A DNA stretch of 64,000 nucleotides, from contig CAZOAL010000006.1 of assembly GCA_964577695.1 (NCBI GenBank), positions 177,511-241,510 on the forward strand, given 5' to 3'. The notes below the pieces were generated by a model. It did not search any database. It was given only the letters and a program-made list of their open reading frames with translations, and was not told where the DNA came from. This document shows positions 41,928-50,963 of this stretch, piece by piece. Each line of letters opens with the position of its first letter. Position 1 is the first letter of the stretch. The position numbers and the translations under genes are program-made. This DNA comes from an uncultured bacterium. GTDB taxonomy: Bacteria > Poribacteria > WGA-4E > PCPOR2b.

Positions 41928-43705
41928 TCAGTCGCTTTGATTGGTGCCGAGGGTTTGGTGTCGAGGGAGGGAGTTGGCTTGATCGGTTTACCGGTTGCAA
42001 ACTCCTGCGCCACTAACCCAAACTGCTCCTCCCACGCATCGTGCTGTATCGTGCCGCCCTCCGTCAACAGCACCGTCAACCCCGCGTTTTGCAGCGGGCC
42101 ACTGGCGCGTATCTTTTGGACGAACTCCTCCACTTTCAAACCGGCTTCCACCGCCGCGTGGGCGGCATCAAGCGGTGCCTCAAACTGCTTCACTAACCTG
42201 ACGATCGGCTCGCGCCCGCCAACCACACCACCAGTCGCTTTCACCGCTTTCGCAAATCGCCCCTTGTCCTCTTCAACCAGTTGACTCATCCCTTCGGATG
42301 GCACATACAGCCTCAACGCCCGGGTCTGGTCGTAAGGCGGGTTGACAGTCCCCTCCACCGTCGCCCGCACCTGGTCTTTGAACGCCTTGATTCCTTCCGT
42401 ATGGCAGGACATGCAGGTGAGTCCATTGTGAACCACGGGGTCGTTGATAGCATCTTTGTTAAACACAATGCCGATGGGGGCGTCATCCAGCCGTTCGCCT
42501 TTGGCGTTGACGAGGTAGTATGCCTGCAAGCCGTTGGGAAGGTTAAAGATAATCTCGCCGCCCGCCTGCTCAAAGTCCAGCGGGTGCTGGAAAATATTTT
42601 GTTTCTCCACGTTCGCTGAGAAGTCGTAACTCCTCCAGTAGGCACCGTAAGAGGAGCGGTGGCGTTCGACGACGCGGTTGTTCCTTGAGACCCCGGAGTT
42701 GTTAAACCCCGCACGCCACACGCGCCGACCCGGAGAATCCCGCAGGTTCCGTATCACATCTATGTCCAGCTTCTCCTCCAAATCCCGGTCAGTCTTCGGC
42801 AACTCCAGAATCTCATGATACAGCGGAGGCAAGGAGGCGCGAGCAATGAACCAGTCCGCGCGGAGGAACGGCAACTCACACGCGGTGTACTGACACAACT
42901 TCGCGTAGGTGGGGCTGGCAAGTTGCACGCCATAAGGATACGGTCTCTGGGGAGTCTGCCAGAGCTTCTGCCATGTTGTTTCATCCCAATCGTAGTCGCG
43001 TAAGTCGATGCGGAAGATGGTCTTTGTGGTGTCAATCGGCCTGGGGACAATCACCTCGCCTTCCCACGAGAGGCTGTTGATGAGCTTGGACAGCGCCACG
43101 CGATAGGCTTTGAGCTCCTCGTCAGAATTCCCTGCGTTGTAGAGATGGGTCAACGTGAAATAGCGAGCAAAGGGGCGGTTAAATTCGGGAAGGGAGCGCA
43201 CATCCTGTTCAATTGCTGAGAGTACCGCTTCGGTGGGGATGAATTCGTGCCTGGGCTTGGGGAGGTCTTTCCAGTCCGGTGCCCCGGCTTGAATCCATCG
43301 CCTGATGATGTTGTTCTGTTCCTGCGGTACTGCGCCTCGGTCCAAAGGCATCCGTGGGCCCCTCTTTGTATCGCCAAGCAGCCGCTGGTACAACTCCGAC
43401 CCATCAGGGTTTCCAGGGATGACCACTTTCTTCTCAACCACCATCGTTTGGCGATCGATGAACAATTTATCTTTGTACGAACCATACTCGCCGTGGCACT
43501 CAAGGCAGTGCGCTTCAAAGACCTCGAACGCCTCTTGAGCAAGCTGGGCATCGTCCCGTAGGGCTTTATCTTCGATTATTCCAACGGGTCCGGCAAATAG
43601 CTCTTGAGCAAGCTGGGCATCGTCCCGTTGCGCGTCGGTGATGTGAAAGACAAGGAGGATGAATCCACCCAAGGCCAAGATCAGAGATTTGAGTTTGTGA
43701 GTCAT
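41882..43705 (-). CDS. PSCyt (planctomycete-type cytochrome c) / DUF1549 / DUF1553 family protein
   Basis: CLECHG heme motif; in-frame 28-bp tandem duplication near the N-terminus (DDAQLAQE repeated). Confidence 0.65.
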   Translation of the reverse strand: MTHKLKSLILALGGFILLVFHITDAQRDDAQLAQELFAGPVGIIEDKALRDDAQLAQEAFEVFEAHCLECHGEYGSYKDKLFIDRQTMVVEKKVVIPGNPDGSELYQRLLGDTKRGPRMPLDRGAVPQEQNNIIRRWIQAGAPDWKDLPKPRHEFIPTEAVLSAIEQDVRSLPEFNRPFARYFTLTHLYNAGNSDEELKAYRVALSKLINSLSWEGEVIVPRPIDTTKTIFRIDLRDYDWDETTWQKLWQTPQRPYPYGVQLASPTYAKLCQYTACELPFLRADWFIARASLPPLYHEILELPKTDRDLEEKLDIDVIRNLRDSPGRRVWRAGFNNSGVSRNNRVVERHRSSYGAYWRSYDFSANVEKQNIFQHPLDFEQAGGEIIFNLPNGLQAYYLVNAKGERLDDAPIGIVFNKDAINDPVVHNGLTCMSCHTEGIKAFKDQVRATVEGTVNPPYDQTRALRLYVPSEGMSQLVEEDKGRFAKAVKATGGVVGGREPIVRLVKQFEAPLDAAHAAVEAGLKVEEFVQKIRASGPLQNAGLTVLLTEGGTIQHDAWEEQFGLVAQEFATGKPIKPTPSLDTKPSAPIKATEPQTIVPRRYLRGQR

Positions 43706-43775
43706 TGCGTTACCTCCTTCACCCTTGATTTCTAATACAGTTTCACTCCGATTGAATTTTGGAGTGGGAGCTCTT

Positions 43776-43808
43776 AGAAACCGAGTTTTTTAGAAAAACT
43801 CGGTTTCT
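43776..43808. terminator. perfect hairpin repeat family D copy 1 (agaaaccgagttttttagaaaaactcggtttct); bidirectional terminator-like
   Basis: 15-bp stem, T-runs on both strands. Confidence 0.5.
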
Positions 43809-43819
43809 GACCGTTTCTG

Positions 43820-45637
43820 CTACTTTGTGTGAGAAAAGACAAGTTCATCCTTCGGATTTTCAACAGCCAATTGATAGCTCCAACCGTCTGCGTAGTCGGC
43901 ACATTTGACCATCACGGTATTCCACCCTTCGTTTAATGGCAGGTCGATGTAGACGAGTTGACCGGACGCAGACCATTGGGTATAAAGTTCGACCCCGTTC
44001 ACAAACAGGCGCGTGACGTCATCGCCTCGGATGCCAGCGAAAACCGTTCGTTTATCAGGGCTTTTGATATAGGCAACGCCATAGCCGATCGCCCAGTCAG
44101 GTTCGTGAAAGGCCTGGTTCAAGTCAACGGCTTCCCCTTGCGCGTGGTACTCCTGCCAACCGATTTCGCCATCCTTCCCCTGATATTTCTGATCGATCGC
44201 CCCATCAAGCTCAGGACCCAATTTCGCTTTGAAATTGGGGAGACTCGCTTCGGGGTCTTTGGCATCGCCAGCGGGCTTGGTCGTTGTACCGAGCTCAAAG
44301 GGCCCGACAATCATCCAATCCTTCAGCGCGTGCAAATCATCCGGTTTAATCGGATTGAGCGTGACATCTCTGCCGTACAGTTGTTCTCCCCCGTATATGA
44401 TCGCGTAGTGGTAGGTGGGGAAAGGGGTGAGGGTGTTCGATGGACAAGAGAGTTCGACGCTTCCACTGACCTCCCAGCCGGGCGGGATTTCAAGGCTAAT
44501 CTTATCCGGGGTAATCTGCCAGTTGCCTGTCTGATTAAAAGCCACTTCGACCTTCGTCACCTTTTCGAGCTCATTTTTTAACTTGACCGCAACGGTTCCG
44601 GTGGAGCGCGGCTGACTCCTGTCAATGTTGAAAGTGGTTCGATAAGTCAGCAGGTCACGGAGTTTGTCTTTGAATTCAGCGGTGGAGATATTTGCGGGAT
44701 AGACATTCCCCGGCTCAACGAGGGCGACGGTCACATCCGCTCCGTCTATCGTCACAATACTGTAGTGGTCGAATGACCCAAGTTCTTTGGTCTGTTTGGG
44801 GGTAAATCCCGCCCCCGTCGCACCGAGCACGAAATATCGATAGTCGTTTCGCGTGTGCAGTGTGAGATTGTGATAGTGCCCCGCGAAGACCGTGTACTTT
44901 CGGCCGGAGAGCGCGGCTTCAATCCGATTCCAATCCGAATCGCTGTGCAACCATGCGGGCTTGTGCATGAAGACGAACGTGTGCCGCACACCTTTGTTCT
45001 TTTCCAATTCTCCAATGACGTAGGCAATCTGCGTTTCCCCGAACCAGCCATTTGCCCCGCTCCCGATTGCATCGGGACTCAAAGCAGCTTGTTTTTCTGC
45101 CGTATTCAACAGGAGAAAAAGGCACCCTTTATAGGTGAAGGCATAATATGTCAAGCCGATTTTATTGACCCAGTAATCGTACATAATCCGATTGGAGATA
45201 TCGTGGTTCCCCGGCAGGGGCAGGAATGGAATTTGTAACCGCTATTGATGCGCCCAGAACTCCGCCCACTCCTGCTCAATCGTGTCAAGATTCTCGGTGT
45301 AGCCCTGTATCAGGTCTCCGACCATGATGGCGAAATCCGGGTCGAATTCGTTGACCTCAACCATCGCGCGATCAAAGATGGGCCACTTATCCAGCCCCCC
45401 TCCGGTCTTATCACCGATAATCGCAAAGCTAAACTTGTCCGGGTCCTCTGTGAATGGGCGCGGGACAATCGGTGCGCCGGTAGGAAATTCTGGGGCTTGT
45501 GCTCCTGTGATGACAGCTATGGCACAGAATAGCCCCAAACCAATCAACAAGACCAGCAACTTTTGAATCATCAATCGTGAATGTTTGTACATACTGGTCT
45601 CCCTTCGTAAGCGTGAAACGTGAAAAATATTGCGCAT
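43820..45637 (-). pseudogene. calcineurin-like metallophosphoesterase with a signal peptide, interrupted by a single in-frame TAG at 45242-45244
   Basis: The two listed ORFs are in the same frame (...EFWAHQ*RLQIPFLPLPGNHDISNRIMYDYW...); GNHD phosphoesterase motif lies just after the stop. Confidence 0.6.
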
Positions 45638-45667
45638 TAAAAGAAACCGAGTTTTTTCAAAAAACTC
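45632..45667. terminator. hairpin repeat family D copy 2 (agaaaccgagttttttcaaaaaactcggtttct)
   Basis: Seen in sequence; flanks the phosphoesterase gene on the other side from copy 1. Confidence 0.5.
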
Positions 45668-45706
45668 GGTTTCTCGTTACTAAATTTTCAATCTCCATAA
45701 ATCTTT

Positions 45707-46459
45707 TCAAGGGTGAGCCGATGGGGTGCGCAATCGCTCCAATTCCGCTCGCAATCGAGCCAACTCCGCTTCGGCTTGCTGGGCTCTGGCTTTGGCTTGT
45801 CGGGCTTGGGCTCGAGCGCGTCGAACTTGGGCTTGAGCGCGTAGGGCTTCGGCTTTGGCTTGCTCTGCCGGTTTCAACACCCATTTCTTCGTCAGGGGGT
45901 TGTATAACCTTAACCTCCCTCCTTCTTCCCCTAGCTCTAACCCCAAGGTGTCTGAAGGCAATCGACCTTCAACGGCTTGAATCGGAACATAGACTCCCTT
46001 AATGAGACGAAACCCCAGAAGTGGCGACGGGAGATACCTCTTGTCGGGGTCATACAAGTAATACTCCTGAACACCCAGTCTGGAGGCGTACAGGTCTTTC
46101 TTCTCCCCCAAATCGTAGTCACAAGTGCTTTGGCTCGCGACCTCCAAGACAAAATCAGGCCCCTTGCCTTCTTCCCAGAGCCGATAGGTTCGACGCTTCT
46201 TTTTCTCGACCCCAAAGACCACAAACACATCCGGGGCAAGGAACTTTTTGGGCTGTTTCTCCTGATAGTACACTATCAAGTTCCCTGCAACATACACATC
46301 GTGATGCTCCGCGTAGCGTTCTTTGAGGGTATCAATCGTGTCGGTCATTATCTCATAGTGGAAATCGGTTTCTGCCATAGGTTTTCCATCCGATTCGGGA
46401 TACACCACCGTCAGATCGGTGGGAAGAGCGTGAAGTTTTGTATCCATTTTTCTGACCAT
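45707..46459 (-). CDS. Uma2-family (DUF820) putative restriction-endonuclease-like protein with a C-terminal coiled coil
   Basis: PD-(D/E)XK-like core and Ala/Arg/Gln-rich C-terminal tail; weak recognition. Confidence 0.45.
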   Translation of the reverse strand: MVRKMDTKLHALPTDLTVVYPESDGKPMAETDFHYEIMTDTIDTLKERYAEHHDVYVAGNLIVYYQEKQPKKFLAPDVFVVFGVEKKKRRTYRLWEEGKGPDFVLEVASQSTCDYDLGEKKDLYASRLGVQEYYLYDPDKRYLPSPLLGFRLIKGVYVPIQAVEGRLPSDTLGLELGEEGGRLRLYNPLTKKWVLKPAEQAKAEALRAQAQVRRARAQARQAKARAQQAEAELARLRAELERLRTPSAHP

Positions 46460-46486
46460 CAGCCAACATCTCCCTTCCTAATCATT

Positions 46487-46523
46487 CTGCACAACCGTTG
46501 AAAAGGTTCGCAACCTTTTCAAC
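46487..46523. terminator. perfect hairpin aaccgttgaaaaggtt-cgc-aaccttttcaacggtt downstream of the racemase-family gene
   Basis: 16-bp stem seen in sequence. Confidence 0.4.
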
Positions 46524-46542
46524 GGTTCAAACGTTTTACGCC

Positions 46543-47634
46543 TCACGCATACTGCTCCAATACCGCTCGCTCGATCTCAATTCCCAGACCCGGCCCTTGC
46601 GGGACGGGGATGTAGCCTTCCACTGCACGGATGGGTTCTTTGGCAAGATCGGTGCGGAGGCGGTTTTCGGTCATATCAAATTCAAATAACGAAGGGATGG
46701 GATTCAGCACTTGCGGGGAATCGGGAATTGTCGCTTGCCAATGGAGCGTTGCGGCGAGGCGGATGCTGCTTCCCCACATGTGCGGCAGCACGCGGACATA
46801 GTTGGCACTCGCCATCGCGGCGATCTTGCGGCATTCTGTGAATCCGCCAGCGATGCTAATATCGGGCTGCACAATGTCAAGCCCGCGCTTCTGGATGAGA
46901 TCGCGGAATGCCCAGCGTCCCCGGAGCATTTCGCCACCGGCAATTCGGATGTTGAGGGCGTGCCGAATCTCGACATAGCCATCCACATCAGCCGTCGTGA
47001 TTGGTTCCTCATACCAGAACAGGTCGTTCTCGGCGATCTTCCGCCCGATGTCAATCGCTGTTCCGACATCGTAACCGCAGTTGGCATCGACTGCCAGAAG
47101 TATCGAATCCCCGATTGCTTTCCGCACCGCCGCGACATTTGTCACATCATAAGCTTCTCCAAAACCGATTTTCATCTTTACGGCGGGGAAACCTTGATCA
47201 ACGTAACTTTTTGCCTCATCCATGAGGGCTTGCGTGATGTTGGCTTTGTCTTTCTTGAAAAGCCCACTGGCATAAGCAGGGATGCGCTCTCTGAACGCCC
47301 CACCGAGCAGGCGATAAATTGGCAACTCCAACGTTTTCCCCATGATGTCCCACAACGCAATATCCACCGCGCTCAACGCCGCGATGTCGCTCCCACCCTT
47401 TTGATAGATTGCATTCCAGATGACCTCGACATCAAACGGATCTTTCCCAATCAGATGGGCATTGATGACCGATTGGCTCGGTGTCGCTAATCCTTCCCCC
47501 CAGCCCGTGATACCTGCATCGGTGATGACCTCCACAACGCCGGCACTCCTCGACCTTGACCAATCCTGTGAGTTTGCAAACGGTTCGACCAGAGGGTATC
47601 TAAGGTTATAAGTTTTGACTTCAGTGATTTTCAT
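46543..47634 (-). CDS. mandelate racemase / muconate lactonizing enzyme family protein (enolase superfamily)
   Basis: MKITEVKTYNLRYPL...GITGWGEG N-terminal capping-domain pattern. Confidence 0.7.
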   Translation of the reverse strand: MKITEVKTYNLRYPLVEPFANSQDWSRSRSAGVVEVITDAGITGWGEGLATPSQSVINAHLIGKDPFDVEVIWNAIYQKGGSDIAALSAVDIALWDIMGKTLELPIYRLLGGAFRERIPAYASGLFKKDKANITQALMDEAKSYVDQGFPAVKMKIGFGEAYDVTNVAAVRKAIGDSILLAVDANCGYDVGTAIDIGRKIAENDLFWYEEPITTADVDGYVEIRHALNIRIAGGEMLRGRWAFRDLIQKRGLDIVQPDISIAGGFTECRKIAAMASANYVRVLPHMWGSSIRLAATLHWQATIPDSPQVLNPIPSLFEFDMTENRLRTDLAKEPIRAVEGYIPVPQGPGLGIEIERAVLEQYA

Positions 47635-47718
47635 GGAAAATCTTGCGGCGGAACCCCCACGATTCAATGGCGGTGAGGGAGCCGCGCCTCCTTCCCTTTT
47701 TTGAGTTTCCTTCCCCCC

Positions 47719-48792
47719 CTAAGCGGGCCGCAGATTAATCTCGCTCCGTTGTTCGGCGGACTGATACATCGCCTCCGTGATGCGAGCAACAGTCAAACCG
47801 ATTGCGCCGGTGTCGATCAGTTCCACGCGCCCAAGTAAGCCCCAGACGAAGTGCTGCTGAGAGCCATCGAAGCCATTGCCCATGTATCCAAGCGATCGCT
47901 GCCGACGCTCATAAGCGTCGATATTGAAGCTGACATCGGCGTCCATTCCGTACATATCCGTGTAGAATGTGAAAGGCTCTAGCTTGATTCCACCTTTCGA
48001 GCCCATAATGCGGTCCCCTTCGCCGCCATCAATATTGGCAGCCCACGCCTCCTCCACGAACATCGTGATGTTACCGCTGAAGCGCACAAAGCCGGTCCCT
48101 AACTCTTCGACATTGTAGCCGCTTTCCTTCCGGCGTTTTTCGTCCATATCAATCTCCTGGAAGGTTGACGCAGTCACCGTCTCAACTTCTGGGTTATCTA
48201 GCAGATAGACCATACGCGCCATATGATAGACTGCCATGTCTAGCAGTGTGCCACCCCCCGACTTCTCCTTCTGCACGAAATGGGGTGTTGCATAGCCATC
48301 AACGTACACCCGTCCACGGCGGCGATAATGGCTCGTCTTGACATAGTAAACCCGGCCTAACGCCCCTTCTTCGATCAAGCGTTTGGCAGTCCGCGCTTCT
48401 TTGGTAAAAACAGTGCCCATCTGCACCGCCAGTTTTTTCCCGGTCCGCTGTGCGGCATCATACATCGCCTGCGCTTCCGTGCCTGTTTTTGCCATCGGCT
48501 TTTCGCAGTAGACATGCTTCCCTGCCTCAAGTCCGGCGATTGTGACTGGCGCGTGCAGGAAGTTTGGCAGACAGACATCAACGCTGTCAATCTCATCAAT
48601 CTTCAGCAAGTCTCGGTAATCTGAAAATACGTGCGGGATACCGTTCTCTTGAGCCACACGTTGCGCCTCAACCGGATCGACATCCGCCACTGCGATGATC
48701 TCGACATCATCCCTCATCGATTTATAGCCATGAATATGGCTCTTGCCGATGATGCCGGTTCCAATAATACCAACTTTGAGTTTATCTGGCAT
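47719..48792 (-). CDS. Gfo/Idh/MocA-family oxidoreductase
   Basis: KVGIIGTGIIGKSH Rossmann motif; EKPMA motif. Confidence 0.75.
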   Translation of the reverse strand: MPDKLKVGIIGTGIIGKSHIHGYKSMRDDVEIIAVADVDPVEAQRVAQENGIPHVFSDYRDLLKIDEIDSVDVCLPNFLHAPVTIAGLEAGKHVYCEKPMAKTGTEAQAMYDAAQRTGKKLAVQMGTVFTKEARTAKRLIEEGALGRVYYVKTSHYRRRGRVYVDGYATPHFVQKEKSGGGTLLDMAVYHMARMVYLLDNPEVETVTASTFQEIDMDEKRRKESGYNVEELGTGFVRFSGNITMFVEEAWAANIDGGEGDRIMGSKGGIKLEPFTFYTDMYGMDADVSFNIDAYERRQRSLGYMGNGFDGSQQHFVWGLLGRVELIDTGAIGLTVARITEAMYQSAEQRSEINLRPA

Positions 48793-48850
48793 ATCTTTCT
48801 CCTAAAATAAATTGCAATGCGTGAAACGTGAAACAGCAAATGAGCAAAGG

Positions 48851-48985
48851 CATGTTTCAGAAAACGGTTGACACTTCGAGAGCATGATGCGTGAGGCGTA
48901 AAACGTGAAACGTAAGAAGAGCTCCCTTTACGTTTTACGTTTTACGAAAGCAGTTCAACACCTTTTTTCGGAAATTTGAAACATG
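48851..48985. mobile_element. MITE-like repeat family A, copy 4 (contains ttgacac; internal CGTGAAA/CGTAAAA heptamer hairpin)
   Basis: catgtttcagaaaacggttgacac ... cggaaatttgaaacatg. Confidence 0.7.
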
Positions 48986-48997
48986 CCTTTTGTTTTC

Positions 48998-49429
48998 TCA
49001 TTTTCCCGTCTTCAATTTCTCCATTCCACTGGGCTGTAAGTCGATTCGCACGGTTTGTGAAATCCCTTTCCCCGTCACCTCTACAGATTCTGTCCGCTCC
49101 GCATAGCCCTGCTTCTTCAGTGTGATTTGATAGGTCTTCGGAGCAAGGTTAAATAGCATCGCACTGTAGTGGGTGTCAGAAGTCAGCCCCATTGGCTGGC
49201 CGTTAACGGATATCTCAGCGCCACCGACATTGGACTGAATGATGACGTTGACTTTGGGCAGGCGCAATTCCCCTACAGGCTTGGGTGGGCCTTTGCTTCG
49301 ATTCGTCAGTAAAGGAATGAGCACAGCCCCGAGCACGACCAGGATGAGAATCCCGATAACGGCCCACGGCAGGAATCTTTGAATGTTTCGACGATTTCTC
49401 TGAAATTGTCGATTGTTTTGCTGTCGCAT
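48998..49429 (-). CDS. PEGA-domain membrane-anchored protein
   Basis: N-terminal TM helix then GAEISVNGQPMGLT...KKQGYAE PEGA-like pattern. Confidence 0.5.
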   Translation of the reverse strand: MRQQNNRQFQRNRRNIQRFLPWAVIGILILVVLGAVLIPLLTNRSKGPPKPVGELRLPKVNVIIQSNVGGAEISVNGQPMGLTSDTHYSAMLFNLAPKTYQITLKKQGYAERTESVEVTGKGISQTVRIDLQPSGMEKLKTGK

Positions 49430-49478
49430 GACGGCACCGCCTTCTGGTTGAAATCACCTTACTATACGAGTTTTTCAC

Positions 49479-49584
49479 TTAGACTTCCGAAGTTTGAGAC
49501 CAGATGTTTGCTGAATCTGTTTTTCATGGTTTCGCATCGTCTTGGCTCACCTCACCTGTTGAAACTTCGGAAGTCTGGGCCTCA
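49479..49584. mobile_element. MITE-like repeat family C, copy 2
   Basis: gacttccgaagtttgagacc ... ttgaaacttcggaagtctgggcctca. Confidence 0.65.
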
Positions 49585-49668
49585 CTTTTGCCCATAAATG
49601 AAAAAGTTATATTATAATATCAGATTCTACTTTCGCTGTCCATTGTAAAAATTCCTCTGTAGCGGATA

Positions 49669-49700
49669 AGAAACCGAGTTTTTCAGAAAAACCCGTTTTC
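49669..49700. repeat. degenerate copy of hairpin family D (agaaaccgagtttttcagaaaaacccgttttc)
   Basis: Seen in sequence. Confidence 0.4.
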
Positions 49701-49714
49701 GACTCAGTGCTTTT

Positions 49715-50285
49715 TCGCTTCATGAAATATCGCGTTATGCCAACCCCCACCGAAATGAGTGATTTTGCGATGGGGGCCAACAAGCTATTCTTAACAGGGC
49801 GTGTGGCAATGTTCCATTCGGGACTCTAGGAAAACTCGCAGTTGGCAAAATCAAAGGGCCTGGATTACAACGTGGCCTTATTCCCGAAAGGATCCGATGG
49901 GCATCGCGGCTGGGGGTCTGGGGGGACAGCGTGGTGCATCAGCGCCGATGCGGATAAGGAAGCCGCATGGAATCTGATTCGGTTCATGTTAAGCGAACGC
50001 GCATTTGAAATGAGTCAACAGCACGTTGTTGAGCTGGGTGGGGCACCGGCTATTATTGATTGGGCAAAGGGCAGGTTTTTCAGCCTGGATGCACGTCCAC
50101 CCAAAGATAAGGACATCCGGATCGAGGGGATGAAGTACATTCGTTATACGCCATTCCATCCGGATTGGCCGCAGATTCAGGAAACGATTATTGACCCTGC
50201 TATGGAACTGATGATGAATGGCGAAAGAACGATCGCGGAAACCATCCGGGAGATTGTTCCAAAAGTGAATGCTAAACTGAAGTGA
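49715..50285 (+). pseudogene. remnant of an ABC-transporter substrate-binding protein (family 1): N-terminus missing (replaced by C and D repeats) and an in-frame TAG at 49827-49829
   Basis: Frame reads ...MPTPTEMSDFAMGANKLFLTGRVAMFHSGL*ENSQLAKSKGLDYNVALFPKG...; the TAG sits where SBPs usually carry Trp (G.VAM..SG.W). Confidence 0.5.
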
Positions 50286-50351
50286 AAGGTATTTAGGTAT
50301 CAGGTGTTAGGGCTTCAGTATCAGGCGAGGCACAAAGGGGAAAGGTTCACG

Positions 50352-50963
50352 TCATGTCATTTTTTCTTCAAGGATTGTGAACAGGCGATCGCAATGCGGG
50401 GCGGCTTTTCTGACTTTGGAGACATCTAATTGTTCGAGAAGCTTTGGCCCATGATGCGTCTTGTGATATTCCCCTTTCGTTGTTCTTTGGGTCGCCGCTT
50501 TCAGAGTAGATTCGATTCGGTGCTTGGATATCTTTTCCACATTGGGATTCCTCGGGATGGCATTTGCGTTGAAGCCTTGTCCATAGAAACCTTCAAGCGA
50601 ATTGATGTCCGCAATGAACCACGCTTCCATCATTTGGACCATCAGATGGCATTGGGCATCATCTACCCCGTATGAAGTCCAACCATCCCGGCGCTGCAAA
50701 TGTTCCCAAGGCTTTCCACGCACCGGACCCTCTGAATCCACAAGCAACACATTAAAGGCATCAGGATGCTTTTCTAAGGCATTCACAAAATTACGATAAG
50801 TATCATTACGGGAGCCGCACGGGATAATCTGCCATTTGATCCGATGACTTCGCGCTCTGGCAACAAGATCTTTTAGGAAACCGTTAAAGCCATGACGAAC
50901 ATGGATTTTTGTCCTGTTATCATCTCCTCCGCCTTCGACATAGATACGAATCTCGTTCACCAT
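50352..50963 (-). CDS. DUF4276-family protein (TOPRIM/RloB-like partner of an AAA ATPase)
   Basis: MVNEIRIYVEGGGDD N-terminus typical of DUF4276; overlaps the upstream ATPase gene by 7 bp. Confidence 0.55.
   Translation of the reverse strand: MVNEIRIYVEGGGDDNRTKIHVRHGFNGFLKDLVARARSHRIKWQIIPCGSRNDTYRNFVNALEKHPDAFNVLLVDSEGPVRGKPWEHLQRRDGWTSYGVDDAQCHLMVQMMEAWFIADINSLEGFYGQGFNANAIPRNPNVEKISKHRIESTLKAATQRTTKGEYHKTHHGPKLLEQLDVSKVRKAAPHCDRLFTILEEKMT

Noticed and set aside
45242-49829. In-frame TAG codons considered as evidence of stop-codon reassignment
   Set aside because: TAG terminates several apparently intact genes in the same window (WD40 gene at 19214-19216, the 14177-14653 membrane protein, the 34262-34519 zinc-finger gene). 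Nonsense mutation or sequencing error is more parsimonious.
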